Below, in pieces: positions 18,915-28,460 of a stretch of DNA of 64,000 bases (positions are counted from its first letter, which is position 1; each line of letters starts with the position of its first letter). A program made the position numbers and the translations under genes. Origin of the DNA: Minisyncoccota bacterium (GTDB taxonomy: Bacteria; Patescibacteriota; Minisyncoccia; Phycocordibacterales; PALSA-1337); contig JAQTPC010000003.1 of assembly GCA_028713005.1 (NCBI GenBank), positions 13,022-77,021 on the forward strand, read 5' to 3'. A model generated the notes under the pieces. It was not told the DNA's origin, ran no database searches, and worked only from the letters and a program-made list of their open reading frames with translations.

Positions 18915-18983
18915 AGTATGAATATAAATTAAATGTATAAAATAACCCTAAACTAACGCGTTTATCAATAGTAACATATCTCG

Positions 18984-19844
18984 TTATTTGCAGGCATCAA
19001 GAAGATTCTCAAAAAGGCCGAGAACTGTCATCGGCCCAACGCCACCGGGTACAGGTGTGATAGCACCAGTTGAACCGATAACCTTTGACACCTTATCAAA
19101 ATCAACATCACCGACGAGCTTGGTCTTTGTATCCAGACCAACTTCACCTTCTCGAGTAATGCCGACATCAACGATCACCTGTCCGGAACGAACATGTTCT
19201 GTAGATATTAAACGCGGTTTTCCAACCGCTACGATGATGACGTTTGCGGAGCTCGTTTCTTTCATAAGATCAATTGTCTTGCTGTGAGCCACAGTAACTA
19301 CCGCCCTATAACGAGCAAAGACCTGGGCCACAGGCGTTCCCACCAGCGCTGATCTTCCAACAACAGTTACTTTTTTATTATTAATATCGATGTTGTAATA
19401 CGACAGTAATTCTCTAATACCCCTCGCTGTGGCAGGGACGATGGCATCTGGTCTTCCCTCGCGCAAACACTGCATATTAAAAGCCGTCTGGCCATCGATA
19501 TCCTTATGTGGATCAATAGTATTTATGACTACATCGCGATCAATATGAGCAGGCAATGGCAATTGTACTATCACTCCTTTGATTAATTTATTTTCATTAC
19601 ATTTCTTAATTTCAATAACAATATCCTCTTGCGAAGCATTTTCTGGTAAATAAATATGATGCGCTACGACGCCTACTTTTTGCGCAAACGAAATCTTCGC
19701 TTTTATATACGCTGCCGAATCAGGCCGATCCCCAACTTGGATGATGGCGAGCTCTGGTGTAGGTGTGATCTCGCTGAACTTTTTAATCAATTCAACAAGA
19801 CGACTATCGCGGACAGTATTTCCTGAGAGGATTCGTGGTGACAT
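18984..19844 (-). CDS. folD: Bifunctional methylenetetrahydrofolate dehydrogenase/cyclohydrolase
   Basis: 286 aa; FolD motifs (LAIIQVGDRPDSAAYIKAKI, VVGRSALVGTPVA). Confidence 0.9.
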   Translation of the reverse strand: MSPRILSGNTVRDSRLVELIKKFSEITPTPELAIIQVGDRPDSAAYIKAKISFAQKVGVVAHHIYLPENASQEDIVIEIKKCNENKLIKGVIVQLPLPAHIDRDVVINTIDPHKDIDGQTAFNMQCLREGRPDAIVPATARGIRELLSYYNIDINNKKVTVVGRSALVGTPVAQVFARYRAVVTVAHSKTIDLMKETSSANVIIVAVGKPRLISTEHVRSGQVIVDVGITREGEVGLDTKTKLVGDVDFDKVSKVIGSTGAITPVPGGVGPMTVLGLFENLLDACK

Positions 19845-19956
19845 ATGCTTACAGTAGCAGATATCGGGTGAATTTCAATGCTTTACTTTTTACCACGTCG
19901 AGGAGTATGCTAGATGTAGAGCAAACTAAAACCTTAACAAAAGAAAGGAGGATTGT

Positions 19957-20508
19957 ATGAAACCTATGCGTGTTGAAGGCGACTATAGTCGCATCCTTAA
20001 GCCTGAAGATCGGCCTTATGGGCACTTATTTGTCCGCAGTAATGATGCTGCGAGAAAAAATCCTACATACTGGGGTGAGTTCAAATTTAAGACGAACAGG
20101 GCTTCAGTTTCATTCTGTTACATCATCCACAACCTGAACAACGAAGACAGGAGTTATGGATTATCACTTTTTAACGACCGCGAGTTTGAGTGGTGTTTTC
20201 TCACCACTGACATCTCGTTTTTTGACCGCAACTCTCGATTTATCAATAATGAAAACGCTCATGTCATCGGTATGGGCATCGGCGAATTTCCTGAAAAAAT
20301 GCTCAACATCATTCATGCCATGATCGACAGTAAACTGTTGCTCATAATGCCGACGATGCGCAAAAAAGAACGCTCTGAATTCTTTTCGACGATACACCAA
20401 TACGGCTACGTGTTTGGTATCGAAAAAAAAGATATTGAAGAGTTCGAAGAGGAGAACAGTGCTTCGCTCAAAGAATTTATTGCACAAATGAGCCTGCTCC
20501 TTGGTTAA
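19957..20508 (+). CDS. Hypothetical protein
   Basis: 183 aa; SD AAAGGAGG 8 nt upstream; followed by strong terminator; no recognisable motif. Confidence 0.5.
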   Translation: MKPMRVEGDYSRILKPEDRPYGHLFVRSNDAARKNPTYWGEFKFKTNRASVSFCYIIHNLNNEDRSYGLSLFNDREFEWCFLTTDISFFDRNSRFINNENAHVIGMGIGEFPEKMLNIIHAMIDSKLLLIMPTMRKKERSEFFSTIHQYGYVFGIEKKDIEEFEEENSASLKEFIAQMSLLLG

Positions 20509-20515
20509 ACACACA

Positions 20516-20545
20516 TGCGCACCACTGTATTGGTGCGCTTTTTAT
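20516..20545 (+). terminator. Intrinsic terminator (gcgcacca ctgtat tggtgcgc + T5)
   Basis: 8-bp GC stem then TTTTTATTATT. Confidence 0.65.
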
Positions 20546-20563
20546 TATTCCAAAAAAATGTTT

Positions 20564-21481
20564 TTATTTCCCCGACCAACGCGCAAAGATACCACACGGC
20601 AAAAGTCTTCCTTCACTCATTGAACCTTTTGCTTCTTCGAGAGCAAGCTCACCCACTTCGATGTCACCACCGAACTTATCTTTGAGTGATAGTAAATTAT
20701 TTTTATAGGCAATAGCAGAATATCCTGCAGAATAACCATTTACTAAAAAGAACAGCGGTTTATCTGCCAAAATCTCAGTACACGACTCAATGAGATCCAT
20801 AAAATCATCCTCGATCTTCCATACTTCATTTTCAGCACCATGACCAAAGGCAGGCGGATCCATGATGATACCGTGATATTTTCTACCTCTCTTGATCTCT
20901 CGCTTCACAAAAGCGCGCACATCATCGAGTATCCAACGAATGGGTTTATCCTTGAGACCAGAAAGTTCAGCATTGTCGCGTGCCCAACCTATGGCAACTT
21001 TTGAACCATCAACATGTACTACTTTTGCTCCAGCCTGTGCACATGCAATAGTAGCTCCACCGGTATACGCGAACAGATTGAGAATTTCGATCTCCCCTTC
21101 TCCCTTTTTTATCTGCTCCCTCATCCAATTCCAGTTTGGTGCTTGTTCAGGAAATATACCGACATGCTTGAATGCTGTTGGCTTTATGTAAAACTTCAGG
21201 TCAGCAAACGAAATACCCCAGCGCTCTGGCACAGTCTTTTTCAAATTCCAATCTCCACGTTCGCCCTTTTCGCGATTTTGTACATCAGTACCGAAAGACC
21301 CATCGGCCTTTTTCCAATCAGCGGGAGATAGTCTCTTTTTCCATAGTGCTTGTGGATCAGGGCGCGACAAAACTACCGTACCAAAACGTTCAAGTTTCTC
21401 CCCTTCACCTGAATCGAGGAGCTCATAATCAGCTGATGGCTTTGTAGTAAGGATGGATGAATTGTTCATATATTCGAACAC
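20564..21481 (-). CDS. Class I SAM-dependent rRNA methyltransferase (RlmI/RlmK-like)
   Basis: 305 aa; SAM-binding LFAYTGGATIACAQAGAKVVHVD and IIMDPPAFG motifs. Confidence 0.7.
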   Translation of the reverse strand: MFEYMNNSSILTTKPSADYELLDSGEGEKLERFGTVVLSRPDPQALWKKRLSPADWKKADGSFGTDVQNREKGERGDWNLKKTVPERWGISFADLKFYIKPTAFKHVGIFPEQAPNWNWMREQIKKGEGEIEILNLFAYTGGATIACAQAGAKVVHVDGSKVAIGWARDNAELSGLKDKPIRWILDDVRAFVKREIKRGRKYHGIIMDPPAFGHGAENEVWKIEDDFMDLIESCTEILADKPLFFLVNGYSAGYSAIAYKNNLLSLKDKFGGDIEVGELALEEAKGSMSEGRLLPCGIFARWSGK

Positions 21482-21490
21482 TGCAGGTTA

Positions 21491-21949
21491 CTATACGCGA
21501 TATTTTTTCAATACAGTCACTGCACTTCCAAAGAGTACCGTAGAGATTGCGGCCGAACCAAGACAGTAGAGACAATATGAATGAATCAAGAACGCCTGAG
21601 CATACAGAAACCACATCGACATAATAAAACCAAAAACAGTAAACAGTAAGACTCCACGAAGAGATGGCTCATGCTTACCTTCGATATGGGCAAATAAGCC
21701 GATTGAGATGATCAGATAGTAGATAGCACCTAAAAGAGCGACTGGAATACCAAGAATCGATGAGTAGTCACTGGTTAGGACAGTTTCACACCCTGCAGTC
21801 GTACAAGGAGGAATACGATTTTGATAGTGTTCAATCGTCAAAAATGATGCATCGGTAAAGCCGAGTAAGGCAATGACGAATAAGACGACTACAATTTTAT
21901 TTGGAACTGCCTGAAGCGGCCGCTTCAATAAGTGATTTAAATGCTTCAT
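21491..21949 (-). CDS. Vitamin K epoxide reductase (VKOR) family protein
   Basis: 152 aa; 4-TM, loop Cys pair (CTTAGC) and active-site CLYC (CXXC). Confidence 0.65.
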   Translation of the reverse strand: MKHLNHLLKRPLQAVPNKIVVVLFVIALLGFTDASFLTIEHYQNRIPPCTTAGCETVLTSDYSSILGIPVALLGAIYYLIISIGLFAHIEGKHEPSLRGVLLFTVFGFIMSMWFLYAQAFLIHSYCLYCLGSAAISTVLFGSAVTVLKKYRV

Positions 21950-22547
21950 AACTTTGTGGGTTAGCGATCACCTTTCCATTAACGATGAATGTTGGAGTTG
22001 AATTAATACCAATCTTTCGTGACTCATCCGCATCTGCATTAACAGCATCCTTTACGGCTGTGCTATCGAGGTCAGCTTTAAATTTGACCATGTCGAGACC
22101 GATCTTTTGTGCGTATGTATTCATGATAGCATGAGCATCTGGCACATCACTCCACTCAGCTTGGTTACTATACAGCAAGTCATACATCTCCCAGAATTTA
22201 CCCTGAAGTGACGCTGCTTCAGCTGCTTGGGCTGTGATGAGCGCATTTGCATGCTGTGGTAATGGGAAATGACGGAAAACGAGACTGAGTGTCGTTGACG
22301 CCTCCTGCGTCAACCGCTTTACGAGTGAATAATATGCTCCACATGCAGGACACTGGAAATCACCGTACTCAATCAAGGTGACAGATGCGTTCTTTGGCCC
22401 AAGGACATGGTCCGCAGATGTGACAGGTCCAGCAACTATTGGTCCTGAGCCAGGCGCAGGCTTATTCATAGCCACAACAAGTCCCCAGAAAATAAGTCCC
22501 AGAATGATAATAAAACACACCCAAAAAATAATACGTTTAATGTTCAT
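21897..22547 (-). CDS. DsbA-like thioredoxin-fold protein, membrane-anchored
   Basis: 216 aa; N-terminal TM, thioredoxin active site DFQCPACGAY; 3' end overlaps VKOR start by 53 nt. Confidence 0.75.
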   Translation of the reverse strand: MNIKRIIFWVCFIIILGLIFWGLVVAMNKPAPGSGPIVAGPVTSADHVLGPKNASVTLIEYGDFQCPACGAYYSLVKRLTQEASTTLSLVFRHFPLPQHANALITAQAAEAASLQGKFWEMYDLLYSNQAEWSDVPDAHAIMNTYAQKIGLDMVKFKADLDSTAVKDAVNADADESRKIGINSTPTFIVNGKVIANPQSYEAFKSLIEAAASGSSK

Positions 22548-22601
22548 AGGAGTTGATTATAGCCGAATTTTCCCTCCAAGGGTAGACCTCGGGAAGTGAA
22601 C

Positions 22602-23642
22602 CTATATAATCAGCATCGCGTCTCCAAATGAATAAAACCTAAACTTCTCTTTGATAGCTCGCTCATAGAGATCCCTCCAACTTACCTGCGCACCTTTTGC
22701 TTGTAGAAAGGCATCAACAAGCATGATGAGTGACGTATTTGGTAAATGAAAATTGGTAATAATTGCATCAACAATCTTAAAATCATAGGGTGGTGTAATC
22801 ATGAGCGTTGTCTCACCGGTATACCCTTCTCCTTTGAGAATAGAATCCGCAGTCGCTTCGAGTGTACGTGTAGCAGTTGTACCCGAAGATACGATTATTT
22901 TACCTTCATTTTTTGCTTCCAAAATACGCATTGCTGATTCAGAGCTCACTTGTATTGGTTCTGAATGTAATGACTTTGCCTGGATACTCTCTGGTGTGAG
23001 TGATGCAAATGTTCCTCTACCAACATGCAGTGTTACCGTCGCTCGATCAACACCCTTTTCTATGAGTGACCTCAAAACCTGTTCGGTAAAATGAAGTGAG
23101 GCGGTTGGAGCGGCGACAGATGCTGGTTTTGAGGCAAATACTGTCTGATATTTTGTACGAGCCTCTTCTTCATTGAGACTCGTGTGTATATATGGTGGGA
23201 GCGGTGTACGTCCGTGTGATTTACAGAGCTTTTCAAATTCTTCAACCGATATGCGCAGTCTGAAAGAAAATTCTTCATTGTGCTGATCGACAACTTCGAG
23301 GATGGCATGATGATTGAAATACAACTGATCTCTCACCGTGAGCTTACGGTCAGGCAGACCTTTGATGACACCTTGCCTGTCCCATTCATTAACCAAAAAT
23401 AGTATACGAACTGTTCCACCCGTGAGTTTCATCAGTTCGAGGCGCGCCGGCACCACCTGTGTATCATTGAAAACCATCAATGCCTTTGACGGGATATAAC
23501 GAGCGAGGTGTGCAAACGTATCCAAGACAATCTCATTTGTCTTTGTACTATATATGAGCAGTCGCGCTGAATCGCGTGGCTCAGCAGGCGTATGGGCAAT
23601 GAGTCCCTCAGGTAAATGATAGTTATAGTCAGATGGCTTCAT
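22602..23642 (-). CDS. queA: S-adenosylmethionine:tRNA ribosyltransferase-isomerase
   Basis: 346 aa; QueA N-terminus (SDYNYHLPEGLIAHTPAEPRDSARLL). Confidence 0.9.
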   Translation of the reverse strand: MKPSDYNYHLPEGLIAHTPAEPRDSARLLIYSTKTNEIVLDTFAHLARYIPSKALMVFNDTQVVPARLELMKLTGGTVRILFLVNEWDRQGVIKGLPDRKLTVRDQLYFNHHAILEVVDQHNEEFSFRLRISVEEFEKLCKSHGRTPLPPYIHTSLNEEEARTKYQTVFASKPASVAAPTASLHFTEQVLRSLIEKGVDRATVTLHVGRGTFASLTPESIQAKSLHSEPIQVSSESAMRILEAKNEGKIIVSSGTTATRTLEATADSILKGEGYTGETTLMITPPYDFKIVDAIITNFHLPNTSLIMLVDAFLQAKGAQVSWRDLYERAIKEKFRFYSFGDAMLII

Positions 23643-23667
23643 GGTTTATATTGCGATTATCATATCA

Positions 23668-24117
23668 TCAATGATGATACTTTTCTCCTCGAATGATAGT
23701 GAAGGCTCTATAGAGCTGTTCTATGAGGACAAGACGGACGAGTTGATGTGGAAACGTTAGTTTTGAGAGAGCCAGGGTCAGACGCGCACGTGAACGAACT
23801 TCATCATTGAGACCATATGCCCCACCAATGATAAAAATGAGCGTTCTAACACTTTCATTCATACGTGCCTGAATAACATCAGCAAAAGCTTGTGACGTAT
23901 ACTCCTTCCCTATTTCATCAAGAGCAACAACGTATGTCCCTGCTCCTTCTTTTTCTATAACATCAATAAGCTTTTTATTATCTTCTTGCGCGGAACTTCC
24001 CGGAATATACTTCCATTCACAAGCAGAATAATGCGATACACGTTCTGTGTATTCACGAACGATTTCATATCCGGAAAAATCTTTTTCTTTACCAATAGCT
24101 AGAATGATGATTTTCAT
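23668..24117 (-). CDS. rlmH: 23S rRNA (pseudouridine1915-N3)-methyltransferase RlmH (SPOUT)
   Basis: 149 aa; RlmH-size SPOUT protein with conserved C-terminal IEQLYRAF motif. Confidence 0.8.
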   Translation of the reverse strand: MKIIILAIGKEKDFSGYEIVREYTERVSHYSACEWKYIPGSSAQEDNKKLIDVIEKEGAGTYVVALDEIGKEYTSQAFADVIQARMNESVRTLIFIIGGAYGLNDEVRSRARLTLALSKLTFPHQLVRLVLIEQLYRAFTIIRGEKYHH

Positions 24118-24120
24118 ACA

Positions 24121-24675
24121 TTAAAGGGATGTACCGAACCACACTATAAGATATATGCCGAGAATATTGCCAATAAATGAAATTGGAATAAGCATAAGTG
24201 TACGCGTCTTTGAAAAACCAAGTAGCGTGATGCCGAATTCATCTGGCAAAGGTGAAGCGATGATCAGTGCCCCGAGTACTGGTGATATCCATTTGAAAAA
24301 ACCAACATGAAATGAACGGAGTACGTGCTTCGTAAAACCTGATCCCAATGAATTGATCAGATCATTTGAAAAACGATCGCGAATAAAATAAAAGAGGATC
24401 AAATCACCGCACACTGCACCAAGCGCTCCCCAAAGAGCCACCACGTGACTAGGTGCATGAGCAGCGATATTCCCCAGAGCAACAGATGCAGGGGCAATAG
24501 TGAACACAGATGTAAAGAACATACCCGCAACAAAACTAGCTACTTCATCACTACCAAAAAGAGCTACGAGGTGTCCAATAATACCGAGATTCGATAATAT
24601 AAGCGCAATAACTGCACCGATAACAACAAAGATAATGTCTTTTACAAGCTCATTGCGAGCGACTTTTTTGCGCAT
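24121..24675 (-). CDS. Hypothetical multi-pass membrane protein
   Basis: 184 aa, 4-5 predicted TM helices. Confidence 0.45.
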   Translation of the reverse strand: MRKKVARNELVKDIIFVVIGAVIALILSNLGIIGHLVALFGSDEVASFVAGMFFTSVFTIAPASVALGNIAAHAPSHVVALWGALGAVCGDLILFYFIRDRFSNDLINSLGSGFTKHVLRSFHVGFFKWISPVLGALIIASPLPDEFGITLLGFSKTRTLMLIPISFIGNILGIYLIVWFGTSL

Positions 24676-24692
24676 GGGTTGATTATATCACC

Positions 24693-24998
24693 TTACTTTG
24701 TTTCTTTGTCTTTGAAAAATATGCGCACAGTAACAAAGATAACAATTGCGATAATGATGAAATTTATCAGCTGAGCGATAAACGATCCATATGTTATGTG
24801 TATAGCACCAATATTGAGCACTGCCCCTCTCCATGAACCCGAAACACTCAAAACGGGCCCGAGCATAGGCATAAAGATATCGTTTACAAGTGAATTTACA
24901 AGACCGGTAGCTGCGGTACCCATGACGAATGCGATGGCGAGTGATATGACTTTATATTCCTTGAGGAATTGTGCGAACTCTTTTGCAAATGTTTTCAT
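24693..24998 (-). CDS. mscL: Large-conductance mechanosensitive channel
   Basis: 101 aa; MscL N-terminus FKEYKVISLAIAFVMGTAATGLVNSLVNDIFMP and second TM. Confidence 0.85.
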   Translation of the reverse strand: MKTFAKEFAQFLKEYKVISLAIAFVMGTAATGLVNSLVNDIFMPMLGPVLSVSGSWRGAVLNIGAIHITYGSFIAQLINFIIIAIVIFVTVRIFFKDKETK

Positions 24999-25038
24999 AA
25001 TGGTACCAGTATATGCTATTGATGTTATAATTCAAGAC

Positions 25039-25779
25039 ATGAAAAAACTTAGTCTATTCGAAGCATCTATCATTGGTTTTTTGAGTGGTGTCGTTATCGC
25101 AACCTATTTAATATTTATTACGAGCACGAGTGGTTTTATTGGTAATATCCTTGGATTGATATCGCTCCGTCCACTTCTAGATAAAATCCACTTACCTGAT
25201 AGCCAATTGCTAATTGGGTCATTCATATTTTTTGTACTGGTATACACACTTTATGGGGCACTCATTGGCCTACTCATCCATATCACTAATAAGACAAAAA
25301 TTATCTTATCCCTGCTTGCGGTAGTTATTATTGGAGGCGGTACAGAGCAGATAACTGGAATGATGAGCCACACACCAATTTCAAACGAGATTTATCCTCA
25401 AACTGCTGCAGTCATCAAATCATTTTCAAATGTAACAAAACAGTATTTTGGGACTGAAGCAACTGGGGATCTAAATGCCGATAGACGTGAAGATGTAGCA
25501 TTTTTGATTCATCGTAATGACTCTGACAGGGGCACATTGTATTATCTGGCCGCTGCATTAGATAATGAAAATGGTAAATCTGGTACCAACCTTCTCTTTT
25601 TGGGCAATAACGTATTTCCGACACACATAGCCATAGCAAGTAGTACTATTATTGTCGACTACGCACAATCAAAGAATTCTACAAGTACAAAACAGTTTTA
25701 TGCTCGACTGATAAATGACGCTCTCACGGAAGCACACTCAGCCACTACTCCAACTGCAACGACTACTGATTCTATATAA
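25039..25779 (+). CDS. Hypothetical membrane protein (start trimmed to ATG 25039; upstream part of table ORF overlaps mscL)
   Basis: 246 aa; several TM helices. Confidence 0.45.
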   Translation: MKKLSLFEASIIGFLSGVVIATYLIFITSTSGFIGNILGLISLRPLLDKIHLPDSQLLIGSFIFFVLVYTLYGALIGLLIHITNKTKIILSLLAVVIIGGGTEQITGMMSHTPISNEIYPQTAAVIKSFSNVTKQYFGTEATGDLNADRREDVAFLIHRNDSDRGTLYYLAAALDNENGKSGTNLLFLGNNVFPTHIAIASSTIIVDYAQSKNSTSTKQFYARLINDALTEAHSATTPTATTTDSI

Positions 25780-27595
25780 TTTTCTTTAGTTTCTTTTCTA
25801 TAAACTCATCGATTACATCAATATTTAATTGAAGCTCTTTAAAGATTTTCTCTTCTTTTTTATTGAGTTCACGATCTTCTTTTGCTTTTTCTAATTTTTT
25901 AAGCTGATTACCAAGCTCGTCCTTATAGAGAGATAATGCTTTGTGAATATCATTTACTGTTCCCTGTGTCTCTTTGCGTAATCTTTTTTTGAGGCCAAAG
26001 AACTTGTGCCAACCAAGATACAACATGAGTATGAGACCAATAATGAGTAATGTAGCCGGAATAAGGAATGAAAGTCCATAGATAGCTTGCTTACTGGTAC
26101 GCACAATCAAACCATCTTTAATAAAGACAACCGCCTCATTTGAAATAGGACTTTTTACATCAGTTGCAAACTGGAGCTGAGCTGAAATGCGTGTCTGACC
26201 GACAGTATTCAGTGAATCTGTAGTGACTGAAAGTGACCCATGAGCATCTGTTGTTGTCGTATAACTCTTTTTAGTTCCGTCGCCTGACTGAACGAATATC
26301 TGCATTGGCGTATTTGCATAGCGAGTATCAACAAAGACTGTAACAGCTTCTCCCCTTTGTATCTCTTGGGCAGAAACATGAACCACAGGAACTGCGATTG
26401 ACTGACTGACGAAAGAGGCTTTTGACTCTGTATGGTTGCCAGCTTTATCGTAAGCGACAACTGACAATGTATGGTTACCAGGGTTTTGTATAGGTAGAGT
26501 ATATGCACCATTTACCAACGCATCACTATCAATCCTAATGACCGATCCGGCATCAATCTTGATAAGATGATACTCAATTCCAGACAATGTATCACGCGCA
26601 TTCAACATAACCTCATTTTTCAGACACTCATCGCCAATATGCGCGCCAGCAACGTCTGCCGATGCAATGTTCGCTCCACACTCACCCAAAAAACTAACTG
26701 CAAGTGTTTCTGGTGGAGTTGAGTCGACCTGAATCTTATAATGTGTTATCGGTCCCCAACCAAGACTATTCATGTATCTTACGTGGAAATACATAATGCC
26801 ATCTGACAAATTATTTACTGTACGTTGAGAAACTGAACTATCGTAGGTGACAGTTGGTACATCGGATTTATTTTTACTCAAGAGAGTTTGAACTGATGTA
26901 ACACCCTCAGGTACCGACCAGCTAAATGTCGCCGTTGTACCGGAATACCACGCATTCTGATCCGGATGGGTCGAAGATGTCACGGCTGGTTTTGCTGGAA
27001 CAGAATCAACTAACGAATGAACTGTTGAAATATCTGTCTGAGCGGCCGCACTTACTTGTACTGATACTGGTTGTTGAGCAGTTAACACATTTGTTCCCAG
27101 ACCATCATTGGCACGAACTGCTGCATCAGCAATGAGCACAGATGCTGTGCCAGCTTTTTTTGCTTTGAACACAACCGAGATGATTTCTCCACTTTGTCCG
27201 ATGTATCCAGGATTCGGCAGACCTCCATTAAATGTGATTGTACCTTTCGAATTTGAGAATTGAGGCTCTTCCACCCATAATGAAAAAATTGAAGCACTTT
27301 TATTCACTGATAATACCTCGAGCACATCTGAAGGAAACTGAATGACTCCATCGGCACTATTAACTGCCACACCTGCCGTTGAAACCAGCGCTTTGATCGA
27401 GATGATATTTCCAACTGAGACTTTTGGGTTTACTGGCGAAAAATACAATACAGCTGCCTGCGCTGAAGATGAGACAGATCCAAAAGTACCCCATAGTACC
27501 ACAAGGAAAAAAATCTTCTTTAACAAGGTTTTATTACGCGCTGACTTAGACATTGAGTTTATTCTTTTTCCACTTTTTATACATAAAGCGCACAA
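25772..27595 (-). CDS. Membrane-anchored surface protein with N-terminal cohesin-like domain and C-terminal TM plus coiled-coil tail
   Basis: 607 aa; signal peptide; N-domain paralogous to that of 27546-28442 (VSVG...ADG...EF.L...L...GG.P..G......I..V.F.AKKAG); TM near C-terminus. Confidence 0.55.
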   Translation of the reverse strand: MCALCIKSGKRINSMSKSARNKTLLKKIFFLVVLWGTFGSVSSSAQAAVLYFSPVNPKVSVGNIISIKALVSTAGVAVNSADGVIQFPSDVLEVLSVNKSASIFSLWVEEPQFSNSKGTITFNGGLPNPGYIGQSGEIISVVFKAKKAGTASVLIADAAVRANDGLGTNVLTAQQPVSVQVSAAAQTDISTVHSLVDSVPAKPAVTSSTHPDQNAWYSGTTATFSWSVPEGVTSVQTLLSKNKSDVPTVTYDSSVSQRTVNNLSDGIMYFHVRYMNSLGWGPITHYKIQVDSTPPETLAVSFLGECGANIASADVAGAHIGDECLKNEVMLNARDTLSGIEYHLIKIDAGSVIRIDSDALVNGAYTLPIQNPGNHTLSVVAYDKAGNHTESKASFVSQSIAVPVVHVSAQEIQRGEAVTVFVDTRYANTPMQIFVQSGDGTKKSYTTTTDAHGSLSVTTDSLNTVGQTRISAQLQFATDVKSPISNEAVVFIKDGLIVRTSKQAIYGLSFLIPATLLIIGLILMLYLGWHKFFGLKKRLRKETQGTVNDIHKALSLYKDELGNQLKKLEKAKEDRELNKKEEKIFKELQLNIDVIDEFIEKKLKKII

Positions 27596-28442
27596 TCAAT
27601 ACCACGAGAACAATAATTATGATACCCAACCAGTTAACACCTCTCGACTGGCTTTGATGCAGAGCAATTTTCTTATTTCCTGCTTTATCATATGCAGTCA
27701 CTTGTAACCGTACACTATCACTTTGATCTTTGAGTACGTATGTACTGCCACTACGCACTGCTACCCCACCATTTTCAGACACATCGTAATAATCAATGCC
27801 AGACTGGTTATCGATTGCACTGAAGAAAGCGAATTTTTTACCATCAAATAAAGTTGGTTCCTGACCAAGAACAATCACGAAATCTTCTGGAGGAACAGTA
27901 TCGGCCGTCACAACTCCTGACCAATCATTTTGGATAGCTGTACCCTGCAGTTTTGGTGTTACGGTGATTGTTATGTTTTTAAACTGAACAGGAAGCTTGG
28001 TACCTTTACCATCATTGGCAAATACTGAAATATTCTGAGGATTAATAGTCACAACACCTGCTTTCTTTGCTTCAACAATAATCTTAAATATCGTAGCCCC
28101 TTCTATACTAAAACCACCTGGAACACCACCAACAAATGAAATGGTTTTCAGATCTTTCGAAAGTGATGGCGTACGAGGCCATAGACCAAATGCCGAGTTG
28201 GCCAGACTAAACTCTTGAACAGCAAGATTAAGTGATGACGACTTGAGTGTCACTTCACCATCAACGGTATTCAACACTGATCCGTCTGCATTTATTTTGA
28301 CTGTAACTACCGCCGTATCTCCAACTGAAACAGTACTTCGTGATGCCTCAAGATATACCGTTGCCGCAAATGCATGTAAAGGTACAATCACAAAAACAAC
28401 TGCGATGGCTATTGGGGCGATTATGTTGATGATTTTTTTCAT
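27546..28442 (-). CDS. Membrane-anchored protein with cohesin-like domain
   Basis: 298 aa; signal peptide, cohesin-like beta-sandwich pattern, C-terminal TM and basic tail (KKWKKNKLNV). Confidence 0.55.
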   Translation of the reverse strand: MKKIINIIAPIAIAVVFVIVPLHAFAATVYLEASRSTVSVGDTAVVTVKINADGSVLNTVDGEVTLKSSSLNLAVQEFSLANSAFGLWPRTPSLSKDLKTISFVGGVPGGFSIEGATIFKIIVEAKKAGVVTINPQNISVFANDGKGTKLPVQFKNITITVTPKLQGTAIQNDWSGVVTADTVPPEDFVIVLGQEPTLFDGKKFAFFSAIDNQSGIDYYDVSENGGVAVRSGSTYVLKDQSDSVRLQVTAYDKAGNKKIALHQSQSRGVNWLGIIIIVLVVLIVRFMYKKWKKNKLNV

Positions 28443-28460
28443 ACTATGCTGTGTTAATTA

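Noticed and set aside
24796-25038. N-terminal extension of ORF 24796..25779 overlapping mscL
   Set aside because: It overlaps a well-supported mscL on the opposite strand; a downstream ATG (25039) gives a membrane protein without overlap.
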